A stretch of 62,114 nucleotides of DNA, taken from NCBI GenBank assembly GCA_011773465.1, contig WVXO01000012.1, positions 2,368-64,481 of the forward strand. Direction: 5' to 3'. Source of the stretch: Candidatus Aminicenantes bacterium. Its GTDB lineage: Bacteria; Acidobacteriota; Aminicenantia; Aminicenantales; Aminicenantaceae. Positions 19,487-28,851 of this stretch are shown here, piece by piece. Both the position numbers and the translations under genes were made by a program. Position 1 is the stretch's first letter. Every line of letters begins with the position of its first letter. Under the pieces are notes generated by a model, which was given only the letters and a program-made list of their open reading frames with translations, ran no database searches and had not been told where the DNA came from.

Positions 19487-20239
19487 ATGAATAAAGTATT
19501 TTTATTTCTATTGATCATTTGTATCGCGGTGACTTGTGGGAGAGCCGGGGAGGATTTAACGGCAGAAGAGATACTTGCCATGAGAGATCAAAACATGGTT
19601 TTCAAAACCGCTTATTCAGAAATCGACATGATCATCACCATAAAAAAGAGGATTATCGAAAAAAAACTCACGAGCTACACAGAAGGAACAGAAAAATCTT
19701 TTGTTGAATTCCTGAGTCCTGCAAGAGACCGGGGAACAAAAATGTTGAAAATCGGAAAAGTTCTTAAAATATATTTTCCCTCTGCAGAGAGGGTGATGCG
19801 CCTTTCAGGCCACATGCTGAGGCAAAGCATGATGGGATCAGATTTCTCCTACGAGGACATGACAGAAACAGCCGAAGAGCTAAGGAAAGAATATGATGTC
19901 AAGCTTCTGGGAGAAGAGGTCTTTGGTGGGGCTCAATGTTATGTATTGGAGCTTGAGTCCAAAATTGAAAATAAAACTTATTTTTTTATAAAAATCTGGG
20001 TGGACAAGGAAAGATTTATCGGCTTAAAAGTGGAATTTTACGCCAAAAGCGGAAAACTCTTAAAGGTCCTTACTGTGGAAGACATTAAATCCTTCAAGAA
20101 CAGATTTTACCCCACAAAAGTCACGATGGAAGATAAATTAAGGAAAAACTCCAAAACTGAGATGATAATCAAACGTATCGAGTTTGATCTTCTCATTCCT
20201 CGAGGGACATTCACTGAAAGAAACTTAATGCGCAGGTGA
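19487..20239 (+). CDS. LolA-like outer-membrane lipoprotein-sorting protein
   Basis: Signal peptide; FLSPARDRGTKMLK, MMGSDFSYEDM, IWVDKE, FYAKSGKLLK, FTERNL. Confidence 0.85.
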   Translation: MNKVFLFLLIICIAVTCGRAGEDLTAEEILAMRDQNMVFKTAYSEIDMIITIKKRIIEKKLTSYTEGTEKSFVEFLSPARDRGTKMLKIGKVLKIYFPSAERVMRLSGHMLRQSMMGSDFSYEDMTETAEELRKEYDVKLLGEEVFGGAQCYVLELESKIENKTYFFIKIWVDKERFIGLKVEFYAKSGKLLKVLTVEDIKSFKNRFYPTKVTMEDKLRKNSKTEMIIKRIEFDLLIPRGTFTERNLMRR

Positions 20240-20248
20240 AATAAACTC

Positions 20249-20851
20249 TCAGCGGCTCCTTGAAGAAAAAGGCATTAGGATTGCCCCATGAGTAAAATCA
20301 CCGTAGACCTCAGCTTTTCCCTGCAAGAAAAGAAGGCCTACCAGTGCCCCTGTGGCAGCATCCAGCTCGTGGCCCGAGCATTCTATCTTCAGACCTGATA
20401 TCCCTAGCTTTCTAAGTCCCTTCTTCAATCCTGAAAGACTATGTTTGGCTCGAGGAATTCCCCAGATATCTTGGGCACCACCCGGATAAACCTCAAGAAC
20501 TTGAAATCCATCTGCTTCCAGAAGACTCCGAAGTCTAATTCCCCTCTTCGTCAGGTCTCTCATCGGCCCCAGCGTGATCGGGAAAAAAGGGATTCTCCTG
20601 CGTTTCAACTCTTCATCGCAGGGACGAAAATGAGATCCTGTGGTTTCGTCAATAGAGCTTCTTCCGGGAGGAAGAGTCAGAGGAGCATCGATGGCCACAA
20701 GGTCTGGCTTCTCTTCTTGGATGCAGCTCAAGATATCTTCATCAGAGTAGAGGAGTGAAGTTCTTGCTCTTAATCCTTTCAGGATGCATAATCCAGTCGG
20801 GCGGTGAGCAACGCCTGCTAAATCAACGCCTGCGACGAGAAAATTTTTCAT
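20249..20851 (-). CDS. DUF429-family protein (RNase H-like fold, predicted nuclease)
   Basis: VAGVDLAG, VAIDAPL, EVYP, HELDA. Probable start at 20851 (ORF track 20896). Confidence 0.8.
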   Translation of the reverse strand: MKNFLVAGVDLAGVAHRPTGLCILKGLRARTSLLYSDEDILSCIQEEKPDLVAIDAPLTLPPGRSSIDETTGSHFRPCDEELKRRRIPFFPITLGPMRDLTKRGIRLRSLLEADGFQVLEVYPGGAQDIWGIPRAKHSLSGLKKGLRKLGISGLKIECSGHELDAATGALVGLLFLQGKAEVYGDFTHGAILMPFSSRSR

Positions 20852-20931
20852 TTTAACTTTATTCCCTGCTATATCATCCGGGCTGCCTGAAGTCAATAAG
20901 CCTCATCGAGATGGAAGAATCTTTTTTTCGT

Positions 20932-21023
20932 AAAAAAGGGGACGTGCTGCTTTTTCTGTATGAAATGTCGATGAGTAAAGACAGTCCTCTTCCTTCCAGA
21001 AAAAGTAGCCTGTCTCCTTTTTT
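20932..21023. repeat. Imperfect inverted repeat of the GGGGAC/GTCCCC family
   Basis: AAAAAAGGGGACGTGCTGCTTTTTCTG ... CAGAAAAAGTAGCCTGTCTCCTTTTTT; related GGGGACAGGCTAC near 35489. Confidence 0.6.
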
Positions 21024-21118
21024 CAATCACGGGAAAAAAGATGATTACTATCGAGATAATCGCCTTAGTAATATGGTATAATTACTAAGGATACGAACTT
21101 CAGAGCCCAGGAGGAGAG

Positions 21119-22090
21119 ATGAAAAAGAATCTTGTCTTAATCATTACCGTTTCTTTGTTGTTATCCGGTTGTGCACCCCACATCCACCTCGATTTTCTTG
21201 GAAAAGAGGAAATTCACGAAGTGCTCCTTATCAAGAGTCCGGCTAAAGAAAAAATCCTCATCCTTGATGTCGCGGGTCTCATCAGCACCACCCTTAATCC
21301 TGGATTGTTCGAAAGAGAAGGGGATATCCTCTCGAGAGTTTATTACAGGCTGGAGAAAGCCTCAGAAGATAAAAGGATTAAAGCGTTAATCCTGCGCCTG
21401 GATACTCCGGGCGGGGAAGTCACAGCAAGCGATATTCTTTACAACGAAATTATAAGATTCAAAGAGAAAAACCGCATCCCTGTCGTGGGCTTAATGATGG
21501 GGCTGGCCGCATCCGGGGGGTATTATGTCGCTTCAGCCTGTGACCATATCATTGCCCATCCTTCAACAATCACCGGGAGCATCGGTGTTATTTCAATTTT
21601 TCCCAACCTTCAGGAGCTCTTTACGAAAATCGGAATAAAGGTAAATGTCATTAAATCAGGAGAGATGAAAGATTCAGGAAGTGCCTTTAGAGATTTAACC
21701 GAAGAAGAGAAAAAGATTTTTCAAGATGTCATCGATGAACTGCACAACAAGTTTCTTGATGTGGTCTACCAAAAAAGGAAAGACTCGCTTTCCTTGGAGG
21801 AGCTAAAAAAAATAGCGGATGGCCGGATTTACACTGCCACTCAAGCCCACGAGCTAAGATTGATCGATGAAATTGGCTATTTTGATTCGGCTTTGAAGAA
21901 AGCTCTTTCTCTGGCTGACATTAAAGATGCAAAAGTTATCGCTTATACCTATTATCCTAAGAGAAAAACAAATATCTACGCCACAAAACTAGAGAAGTCT
22001 TCTCTGTTTGAAGGGAAAAGCTTTGAAGATATGCTTCGCTCTCTAAAAAGTGGCTTTTATTATCTCTGGTTGCCGCAGGTTTCTAGGTAA
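21119..22090 (+). CDS. sppA: Signal peptide peptidase SppA (S49), lipoprotein
   Basis: Lipobox LLSGC; LRLDTPGGEV, AASGGYYVA, GSIGVI, KSGEMKD, ADGRIYT. Confidence 0.92.
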   Translation: MKKNLVLIITVSLLLSGCAPHIHLDFLGKEEIHEVLLIKSPAKEKILILDVAGLISTTLNPGLFEREGDILSRVYYRLEKASEDKRIKALILRLDTPGGEVTASDILYNEIIRFKEKNRIPVVGLMMGLAASGGYYVASACDHIIAHPSTITGSIGVISIFPNLQELFTKIGIKVNVIKSGEMKDSGSAFRDLTEEEKKIFQDVIDELHNKFLDVVYQKRKDSLSLEELKKIADGRIYTATQAHELRLIDEIGYFDSALKKALSLADIKDAKVIAYTYYPKRKTNIYATKLEKSSLFEGKSFEDMLRSLKSGFYYLWLPQVSR

Positions 22091-22193
22091 TATAACAGCT
22101 CTCGCGGGAGAAGCTCTAACAAGAAAGGGGCAACTTAATCTCTGGTGATTGGTCGTATTTTATAAAATCAAACTAATTCGAATTTCTAAAATT

Positions 22194-22378
22194 GTGGGCT
22201 TGATGAATCAAGCCCCTACAAAAGAAATTAAATCACTACAAAAGAAATCAAGTCCCTGCATATAATAAAAAATGTGTTTTTGATTAATCAGATCCCTTTG
22301 AATAATCAAAAGGTGGGCTTGATGAATCAAGCCCCTACAAATTAAATCAAGCCCCCTCAAGATAAATCAAATCCCTGC
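22194..22378 (-). repeat. GTAG-type REP array D (inverse orientation)
   Basis: GTGGGCTTGATGAATCAAGCCCCTAC twice, plus tandem half units. Confidence 0.85.
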
Positions 22379-22386
22379 AATTTAAT

Positions 22387-22791
22387 CTATTTGCTAATCT
22401 TGGCTTCAATTTCAAAAGCTGGCGGATTTAAAATATGTATTTTAACAGAACAACCATCCACAGCTTTGATCACAGCGTTTTTATACTTCTCAGGAAACTC
22501 GGAAGGAAGTTGAATCTCGATTGATATTTTCTCTATCATCTTTGTCTCTGGGCTCCTGCTCGTCCTCATTATTAGGGATGCTTTTTCAGCAGATATCCCT
22601 CGCTTGTTGCAGAAAGCAAGAACATAATAGCCAGCACAGGTAGCAATAGAGGCCAGAAACAAATCAAATGGGGAAGGTTCCGAGCCCTCACCATCTTGGT
22701 ATGCTGGCTGATCGGTTTTTATGACAAATCCTTTGTATTCGGCTTCCACCCGCACACCACCCGGGAAGGAAACGTTCATTTCTCGATCCAT
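22387..22791 (-). CDS. OsmC-family protein
   Basis: TDQP..GEGSEPSPFDLFLASIATCAG and a second Cys in GCSV. Confidence 0.9.
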   Translation of the reverse strand: MDREMNVSFPGGVRVEAEYKGFVIKTDQPAYQDGEGSEPSPFDLFLASIATCAGYYVLAFCNKRGISAEKASLIMRTSRSPETKMIEKISIEIQLPSEFPEKYKNAVIKAVDGCSVKIHILNPPAFEIEAKISK

Positions 22792-22812
22792 ATCTTTCCT
22801 CCTCTCCGCTTA

Positions 22813-23517
22813 TTATTTTACAGTTTGCCGGATAACAGCTTTCGAAAAAATAGCGAGCAACAATTTCCTATCTTTTGATGTCAAAGCGAATCTTCCAAAA
22901 AGGTCATAAATCATTTCTGTCATATGGCGTTTGTTTGTGCTGTGAATAAAATTACTCTCCTCCAATTTGAGAAGAATAAGGCGTATGCATTCCTCCTGTT
23001 CCTTTCGGGAAAGAGGCTTTTCTCTTGTAGCCTCAACTTCTTTAAAATAACCAAAGGCGAATATATGAAACAGGGTCAGGAGCACAGCAGAAGCAAGGTT
23101 ATAAGAAGGCTGTCGTGTGGCTTGGGGAATCACAAACCTGAAATTTGAGGAGCGCAGCTCCTCTGAAGTCAGGCCTGTCCTTTCACTTCCAAACAGAAGC
23201 CCGATCTTTGTAGAGGCGGGAAATTGAAACATTTTTTCCACGGCATCCTTTAGTGAAACAGAAGGAAAATTCTTCCTTATCTTCGAGGTGGAAGCAAAAA
23301 TTATATCCAGATCAGACGTCGCTTCGTTCACGTCAGGATAAAATCTGGCTCTCTCCAGTATATCTCGGGCATGAACTGCAGTCACATAGGATTTCTTGTC
23401 TAAGTTCTTAACGCCCACAAGCCTTAATTTATCAAATCCTGTATTTTTCATATTTCGAGCGACAAGGCCGATATTTTCTGGATTTTTAGGACGGACAAGA
23501 ACAACAGTGAATTTCAT
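22813..23517 (-). CDS. trmJ: SPOUT RNA methyltransferase, TrmJ/LasT family
   Basis: VVLVRPKNPENIGLVARNMKNTG, LLFGSERTGLT, SYNLASAV. Confidence 0.85.
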   Translation of the reverse strand: MKFTVVLVRPKNPENIGLVARNMKNTGFDKLRLVGVKNLDKKSYVTAVHARDILERARFYPDVNEATSDLDIIFASTSKIRKNFPSVSLKDAVEKMFQFPASTKIGLLFGSERTGLTSEELRSSNFRFVIPQATRQPSYNLASAVLLTLFHIFAFGYFKEVEATREKPLSRKEQEECIRLILLKLEESNFIHSTNKRHMTEMIYDLFGRFALTSKDRKLLLAIFSKAVIRQTVK

Positions 23518-23652
23518 CTTCTGATTAGTTTTGTTTGTCTGGCTGACAAGAATCTTTTTAATTATCTTGGTCGCTTTCTTTCTTTTCTTTCTCTTTTTCC
23601 ATGCTTTTCTTCTTTCTCTTTTTCCTCCTTTTTGGCTCTGGCATTTCTTCGG

Positions 23653-24324
23653 TTATTTTTTTGCCAGACTCTCGCTTTCTATCCAGTTTACCGTTAAATC
23701 AATAATCACCTTTAGGTCATTTAGATCTTTATCCCCCCATTTTCTATAATAATGACTTTCCCCGTCACTAAGCCATGCTGCCATTTTTGCACATTCTTTT
23801 ATCCTTGGATCATCAATATATTGTTCAACACAATCAAGCAAGCTCTTATTTTCTATTTCTTCCTTTTCATCTTTTTTTTCATGGATTAAATAGTCTTTTA
23901 TTAAAAATTCAATAGCCCTCCTAAAGCCTGGGCCATAGATATTCTTTAGTCTCCTTTGCTCTGCTATTCGGGCTTCATTATAAACTTCACAGAATTGAGC
24001 TGATATGTTTGCTATCGTTTCAGAAAAAACCTTCTCTTTAACTCTTATAGGCTCACTGCTACTGTAATAGTATTCAATCTCCACCTGACTTCTTTCATCT
24101 GCTGTCGAAGTGCGATAGTAAGCAATGAAAAGCTTTTGACAGTTCTCTTTTGGGCACTCAAATACTGCTTGTAGGCCTCTATTATCCACCGATGCGTACC
24201 TGTAGACAGGTTTTATACTACTGTGGCATAAAGGACAAAAATCTTGAATCTTATTTACTTTGAAATCCTTTTTATGTAAGGCGAGGTCAATCTCGTATTC
24301 TGCTTTTATGGTTGTAGTCATCAA
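23653..24324 (-). CDS. DUF4145-domain protein with N-terminal Zn-ribbon
   Basis: CPLC...CPKENC; FCEVYNEA..AE, GFRRAIEFLIKDY, AAWLSDGESHYYRKW. Confidence 0.7.
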   Translation of the reverse strand: MMTTTIKAEYEIDLALHKKDFKVNKIQDFCPLCHSSIKPVYRYASVDNRGLQAVFECPKENCQKLFIAYYRTSTADERSQVEIEYYYSSSEPIRVKEKVFSETIANISAQFCEVYNEARIAEQRRLKNIYGPGFRRAIEFLIKDYLIHEKKDEKEEIENKSLLDCVEQYIDDPRIKECAKMAAWLSDGESHYYRKWGDKDLNDLKVIIDLTVNWIESESLAKK

Positions 24325-24493
24325 TCACATCCTTGATCAGAGATTTATCCAGGCGAGTACTACCATTTTACATTAGTCCCTCCTTGAAAAGCAACGAAGA
24401 GATCGATGGTAATTAATGTGTGGTTTTTCTGCCCCCGACAAACTAAAAACTATCTATCAGCGCTATTCCAGCAAGATTGATTAATAATTCTAA

Positions 24494-24916
24494 CTAATAC
24501 TTCCCCGTGCTTCCAAATCCTTCTTTTCCGCGCGACGTGTTCTCCAGTTCATCTGCTTCGACAACCTTCACCTCAGTAACGGGCTGGACTAAGAGCTGAG
24601 CAATCTTCATCCCTTTTTCGATAAGATAAGGCTCGTTTCCGAGGTTCACCATAACAACCCGGACCTCCCCCCTGTAGCCTGAATCGATAACTCCTGCTAA
24701 CCGATGGACTCCTTTAAGGGAGATGCCACTCTTATCCCAGACCAACCCTACGTAGCCTTCTGGAACAGCCACTCTAATCCCTGTGGGAACAGGCTTGACA
24801 TCTCCTGCTTCTAAAACACAATCTACAGAAGAGAAAATATCCAATCCAGCATCCCCCTTATGCTGATAAAGGGGGAGTTTAGCATCCTCATGAATTCTTT
24901 GAATTTTGAGTTCCAT
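24494..24916 (-). CDS. dut: dUTP diphosphatase (trimeric dUTPase)
   Basis: GDAGLD, KSG, GVIDSGYRGE, IAQL, RGKEGFGSTG. Confidence 0.97.
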   Translation of the reverse strand: MELKIQRIHEDAKLPLYQHKGDAGLDIFSSVDCVLEAGDVKPVPTGIRVAVPEGYVGLVWDKSGISLKGVHRLAGVIDSGYRGEVRVVMVNLGNEPYLIEKGMKIAQLLVQPVTEVKVVEADELENTSRGKEGFGSTGKY

Positions 24917-24919
24917 GGT

Positions 24920-25618
24920 TCAAACGCCTTCGATTCTGACTTCTGAAAAATAGGGCTCAGCAATCTTGGCTAATCCCTGAACCTCTTCGCGACGATAAGG
25001 CTTTTTTTGAAGATAATGACTATCCATGGTGTTTAAGGGAACGAATTGCTGTAGCTGGAAAATATTTGCTCCATCGAGCATCTGACAGATTTTTTTGATA
25101 TCTTCCGGTCCTACAAGACCAGGTACCAAAGTGGTCCGGAATACATACCCAAGGCCTGAATTTTTGATGATGTCAACGCTTCGGACAATGTCCTCTTGAT
25201 TCACCGTGGCTCTGGTTACCTCTCGATATCGCGTTAACGGAGCCTTCACATCCATGGCGATATGATCAATGAGTCTCTTCTGAATGAGATCTTCAAGCCT
25301 TGAAGGAAAGGAGCCATTTATGTCGACCTTCACTAAAAGGCTCCTATCTTTTATGAGAATAAGCAAGGTTTCTAGATCATCATGAAGCAGTGGTTCTCCG
25401 CCGGAAATACAGATGCCCTCAAGCCAGCCTTTTCTCAAATCAAGGAAGCTGAGGAAATAATCCAAGGGAAACGTGGGCAGAATCTCCGGCCGAAGCACCA
25501 GATCCGCATTGTGGCAAAAGGGACATCTGAAGTTACATCCGCCCAAAAACACAGTTGAGGAAATATGCCCTGGAAAATCTTTCGGGGCAAATTTTTCTAG
25601 GCCTTTGATCTCAACCAA
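24920..25618 (-). CDS. nrdG: Anaerobic ribonucleotide reductase activating enzyme (radical SAM)
   Basis: DFPG...GCNFRCPFCHN, ISGGEP, AMDVKAP, FRTT; adjacent to nrdD. Confidence 0.93.
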   Translation of the reverse strand: MVEIKGLEKFAPKDFPGHISSTVFLGGCNFRCPFCHNADLVLRPEILPTFPLDYFLSFLDLRKGWLEGICISGGEPLLHDDLETLLILIKDRSLLVKVDINGSFPSRLEDLIQKRLIDHIAMDVKAPLTRYREVTRATVNQEDIVRSVDIIKNSGLGYVFRTTLVPGLVGPEDIKKICQMLDGANIFQLQQFVPLNTMDSHYLQKKPYRREEVQGLAKIAEPYFSEVRIEGV

Positions 25619-25863
25619 TCCTCTAGCTCCGTACGGTTATTTAACACGGTAACAACTTCTCCATTCTCCTGAAGGACTAAGGTGGGGATGATGATTGCTC
25701 CTTCATCATCTCGTTTGAGAAAGTTTAGAAACTCTCTTATTTTCAGCCTGTTTTCTTTAAAAACAAGGTTACATTCCCGTACCTTAAAATCAGCCCCTCC
25801 TAAATATTTCTTTATTTCGTCGCATTTTGAACAATTTGGATAGGTAAAAAGGAAGTATTCCAT
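25597..25863 (-). CDS. Small glutaredoxin/NrdH-like redoxin
   Basis: FTYPNCSKC (CxxC) and IPTLV (cis-Pro motif); lies between nrdD and nrdG. Confidence 0.75.
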   Translation of the reverse strand: MEYFLFTYPNCSKCDEIKKYLGGADFKVRECNLVFKENRLKIREFLNFLKRDDEGAIIIPTLVLQENGEVVTVLNNRTELEDWLRSKA

Positions 25864-25866
25864 CGT

Positions 25867-27939
25867 CTAACCTATCTTTGAGTAAGGAGTTCTTTCTTGG
25901 AATTCCTGCTGCTTGCCGTCGTTCCAGGTGCTAACGGGCCTCAGGTAACCCACTATCCTGGAGTAAACTTCTGTCTCTTCGTCGCATTCAGGACATTTGG
26001 GGAACTCTCCCTTAACATATCCATGATTCGGACAGACGCTAAAAGTGGGAGTGATACTGAAATAGGGGAGTTTTGTTTCAGCAATCTTCCTGACTAATTT
26101 TTTGCATGTTTCCTTGTCAATTGCTTCGGGGAGAAAGGAATGAAATATAGTCCCCCCTGTATAAAGCGGCTGAATATCCTTTTGATGCTCCACAGCTTCG
26201 AAGATATCTCGAGTTGCGTCCACGTTGAGCTGAGTTGAATTAGTGAGATAGGGATACTTATCTGTTCCTGCAGTGATGATGCTGTGGTATTTCTGTTTGT
26301 CAAGCCTTGCCAGGCGGTAAGAAGTTGATTCCGCCGGTGTTGCCTCCAAATTATAAATACTGCCTGTCTCTTCCTGAAATTCTTTGATGGTATCTCTCAT
26401 GAATTCGAGCACTTCCAAGGTGAATTCCTTTCCTTCTGGAGTGCCGATTCCTTTTCCCAGAAAATTCAGACAGGCCTCATGCATGCCGCAAATACCGATG
26501 GTGGAAAAATGATTATCAAAATGACCAAGGTAGACCATGGTGTAAGGCATCATTCCTTTGGCCATCATGTTATTGACGACTTCTCTTTTCGTCTCGAGCG
26601 ATTCTTTGGCTAATATCATTATATTCTTTAACCTGGCAAAGAACTCCTCACGCGAGCTTGCTTCATAACCAATTCTGTTGAGGTTTATGGTCACCACACC
26701 TACCGAACCTGTAGAATCTCCTGGTCCCCACATGCTGCCAGGTCTTCTCTGGAGTTCCCGCTGGTCAAGGTTTAAGCGACAGCACATGGCTCTTATGTCA
26801 CCGGGATCCAGGTTTGTACCGATATAATTTTGAAAATAAGGGATTCCATACTTGGCCGTGACTTCAAACAGAAGATTGGCGTTCGGAGAATCCCAGTCAA
26901 AATCTTTGGTTAAATTGTAAGTAGGTATCGGAAAAGTAAAAACACGGCCCTTCTGGTCTCCTTTGAACATCAACTCCAGAAAAGCCTTATTGATCATATC
27001 CATTTCTTTCTGGTAATCTCCATAGGTCGAATCCTGCTCTTCTCCTCCGATAATAACATTCTTATCCTTCATGTCTGCGGGAACCGTCCAATCAAAAGTC
27101 AGGTTGGAGAAAGGAGTCTGCCATCCCCATCGAGAGGGAACGTTCAGCCCAAAGATAAGCTTCTGGATATCTTGTTTGACGCTTTCGAAGTCAAGGTTGT
27201 CGGCTCTAACAAAAGGGGCCAGAAGAGTATCGACACTGGAAAAAGCTTGAGCCCCAGCAAATTCTCCCTGCATTGTGCCGATAAAATTCACCATATGCAG
27301 AGTTGCCGTTTCCATATGTTTAGCAGGAAAAGAATGGACTTGATTGGGCACATGACCGAATCCTTTTTTGAGAAGGTTCTCCAGTGACCAGCCCGCACAA
27401 TAGCCCACGATAGGGTAGGAAAGGTCATGGACATGGAAATCTCCTTCCATATGAGCCTTCTTGATTTTGTCTGAATAAAGCTGGTTGAGGGCGAAATTCG
27501 AAAGAACCTCGCCGGCCACTCTGGCATTCAGCCCTGAAAAACTCATCACGCCTTCGTTGCTGTTCTCTTTTATCTTCCAATCAGCATCATTGATGTAATC
27601 CTTGATTAGTCTCTCTAGATTGATACCAGTCTCCCTTGCCTCCCTGATCTCTTTGTGCCTTTCCCTATAAAGTATGTATGACTTAGCAATCTCATGATAT
27701 CCCCGCTTCATAAGCACCATCTCTACGATGTCTTGGATCTGTTCCACAGAGGGAATGGTATAGCCTCCGAATTTTTCTTCCAGCATGAAAGTCACAATAT
27801 CAGAGACTGTTCTGGCTGCGCCATTATCTGTAAGCCCGTGAGATTCCATCGCCTTATAAACTGCGTTTGTAATCTTATCCTGAACAAAGTCAGCAATATT
27901 GCCATCTCTTTTCTTGATTCTGGAAATTGTCCTCGGCAT
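25867..27939 (-). CDS. nrdD: Class III (anaerobic) ribonucleoside-triphosphate reductase with ATP-cone
   Basis: IKKRDG ATP-cone, HVHDL, GYCAGWS, AMCCRL, NLEATPAE, Zn site CPNH...CPEC, glycyl radical YSRIVGY. Confidence 0.97.
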   Translation of the reverse strand: MPRTISRIKKRDGNIADFVQDKITNAVYKAMESHGLTDNGAARTVSDIVTFMLEEKFGGYTIPSVEQIQDIVEMVLMKRGYHEIAKSYILYRERHKEIREARETGINLERLIKDYINDADWKIKENSNEGVMSFSGLNARVAGEVLSNFALNQLYSDKIKKAHMEGDFHVHDLSYPIVGYCAGWSLENLLKKGFGHVPNQVHSFPAKHMETATLHMVNFIGTMQGEFAGAQAFSSVDTLLAPFVRADNLDFESVKQDIQKLIFGLNVPSRWGWQTPFSNLTFDWTVPADMKDKNVIIGGEEQDSTYGDYQKEMDMINKAFLELMFKGDQKGRVFTFPIPTYNLTKDFDWDSPNANLLFEVTAKYGIPYFQNYIGTNLDPGDIRAMCCRLNLDQRELQRRPGSMWGPGDSTGSVGVVTINLNRIGYEASSREEFFARLKNIMILAKESLETKREVVNNMMAKGMMPYTMVYLGHFDNHFSTIGICGMHEACLNFLGKGIGTPEGKEFTLEVLEFMRDTIKEFQEETGSIYNLEATPAESTSYRLARLDKQKYHSIITAGTDKYPYLTNSTQLNVDATRDIFEAVEHQKDIQPLYTGGTIFHSFLPEAIDKETCKKLVRKIAETKLPYFSITPTFSVCPNHGYVKGEFPKCPECDEETEVYSRIVGYLRPVSTWNDGKQQEFQERTPYSKIG

Positions 27940-28059
27940 ATGCCGCCTCCTCTATATATACAAAGAATTAATTGCTCTTTTTTTCTCATTCCCCAACAGA
28001 AAAACCCCAGAATTAACGCTCTCTAACCCCTTAAAAAAAAGAAATAGGGAATGAAAAAA

Positions 28060-28107
28060 ATGCCATATGTTGTATATTCCTTGAATGAGAGATACAAAAT
28101 ATTGTAT
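28060..28107. promoter_or_regulatory. Tandem NrdR boxes
   Basis: ATGCCATATGTTGTAT (28060) and ATACAAAATATTGTAT (28092), 32-bp period, match acaCwAtATaTwGtg; just downstream of a minus-strand TTGACA (28142-28147). Confidence 0.8.
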
Positions 28108-28184
28108 CTGCGACAAAAAATTTATACCCTACTATCTTCTTTGTCAAGTGTTTTTTTAAATTTTTTTATTTTTTTTCAATAAGT

Positions 28185-28348
28185 GCGGGTTTGATGGATC
28201 AAACCCCTACAATAAAAATATAATTTATCTTGTGTAGGCGTTTGATTTATCTTATGTAAGGGTTTAGGTTTATCCAGTGTACATGTTTGATTTATCTTAT
28301 GTAGGGGCTTGATTTATCTGTAGGGGCTTGATTTATCAAGCCCACCTT
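28185..28348 (+). repeat. GTAG-type REP array E (tandem ~22-bp half units ending in a full REP)
   Basis: Units start at 28234, 28256, 28279, 28301 and 28320 (full); one inverse copy at 28185-28210. Confidence 0.85.
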
Positions 28349-28375
28349 TTTATCGTATTAATAAAGAGGTGATAA

Positions 28376-28768
28376 ATGAGATCAATTGAAGTCAGGACTC
28401 AGGCAAGAGAAGAATTGGTGGATATAACAGCAAAAGTCAGAGAAGAGCTGGTTTCTACAGGTATTAAAGACGGAATCTGCTATGTCTATGTCCCCCACAC
28501 AACAGCCGCAGTGACCATCAACGAGAGTGCTGATCCCTCTGTTAAAGAAGATATCCTCATGACTCTGAGAAAAATCGTCCCGGATTCCCTCCCCTACAAA
28601 CACTCTGAAGGAAACTCCCCTGCCCACGTTAAAGCCTCTCTTATCGGCTCCTCGATCAAGGTTATCGTAGAAGAGAGACAGCTTTCTCTCGGGACTTGGC
28701 AGGGGATCTTCTTCTGCGAATTTGATGGTCCAAGAAATCGCAGGGTCTTTATAAAAACTTCTTCTTAA
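28376..28768 (+). CDS. yjbQ: YjbQ/UPF0047 family protein
   Basis: PHTTAA.TINE, GNSPAHVKASLIG, LGTWQGIFFCEFDGPR. Confidence 0.93.
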   Translation: MRSIEVRTQAREELVDITAKVREELVSTGIKDGICYVYVPHTTAAVTINESADPSVKEDILMTLRKIVPDSLPYKHSEGNSPAHVKASLIGSSIKVIVEERQLSLGTWQGIFFCEFDGPRNRRVFIKTSS

Positions 28769-28851
28769 GAATCTAGGAAATTGCTTGTTAGAAGGACATA
28801 ACTCACGAACGATGAAAATGGATTAAGGTTATGCTTTCTTAGGTTCAATAT

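Noticed and set aside
23518-23655. Stop-codon readthrough fusing DUF4145 to TrmJ (the gap is open and in frame)
   Set aside because: The stop is TAA, trmJ begins with a normal N-terminus, and the purine-rich gap lacks stops by composition. The -1 frame tail is the more protein-like reading.
23531-23749. 72-aa Phe/Leu-rich + strand ORF
   Set aside because: Antisense shadow of a purine-rich minus-strand tract; TTG start with no RBS.
25867-27939. Intein or intron in nrdD
   Set aside because: 690 aa is a normal length with ATP-cone; the motifs are contiguous and no splicing motifs were seen.
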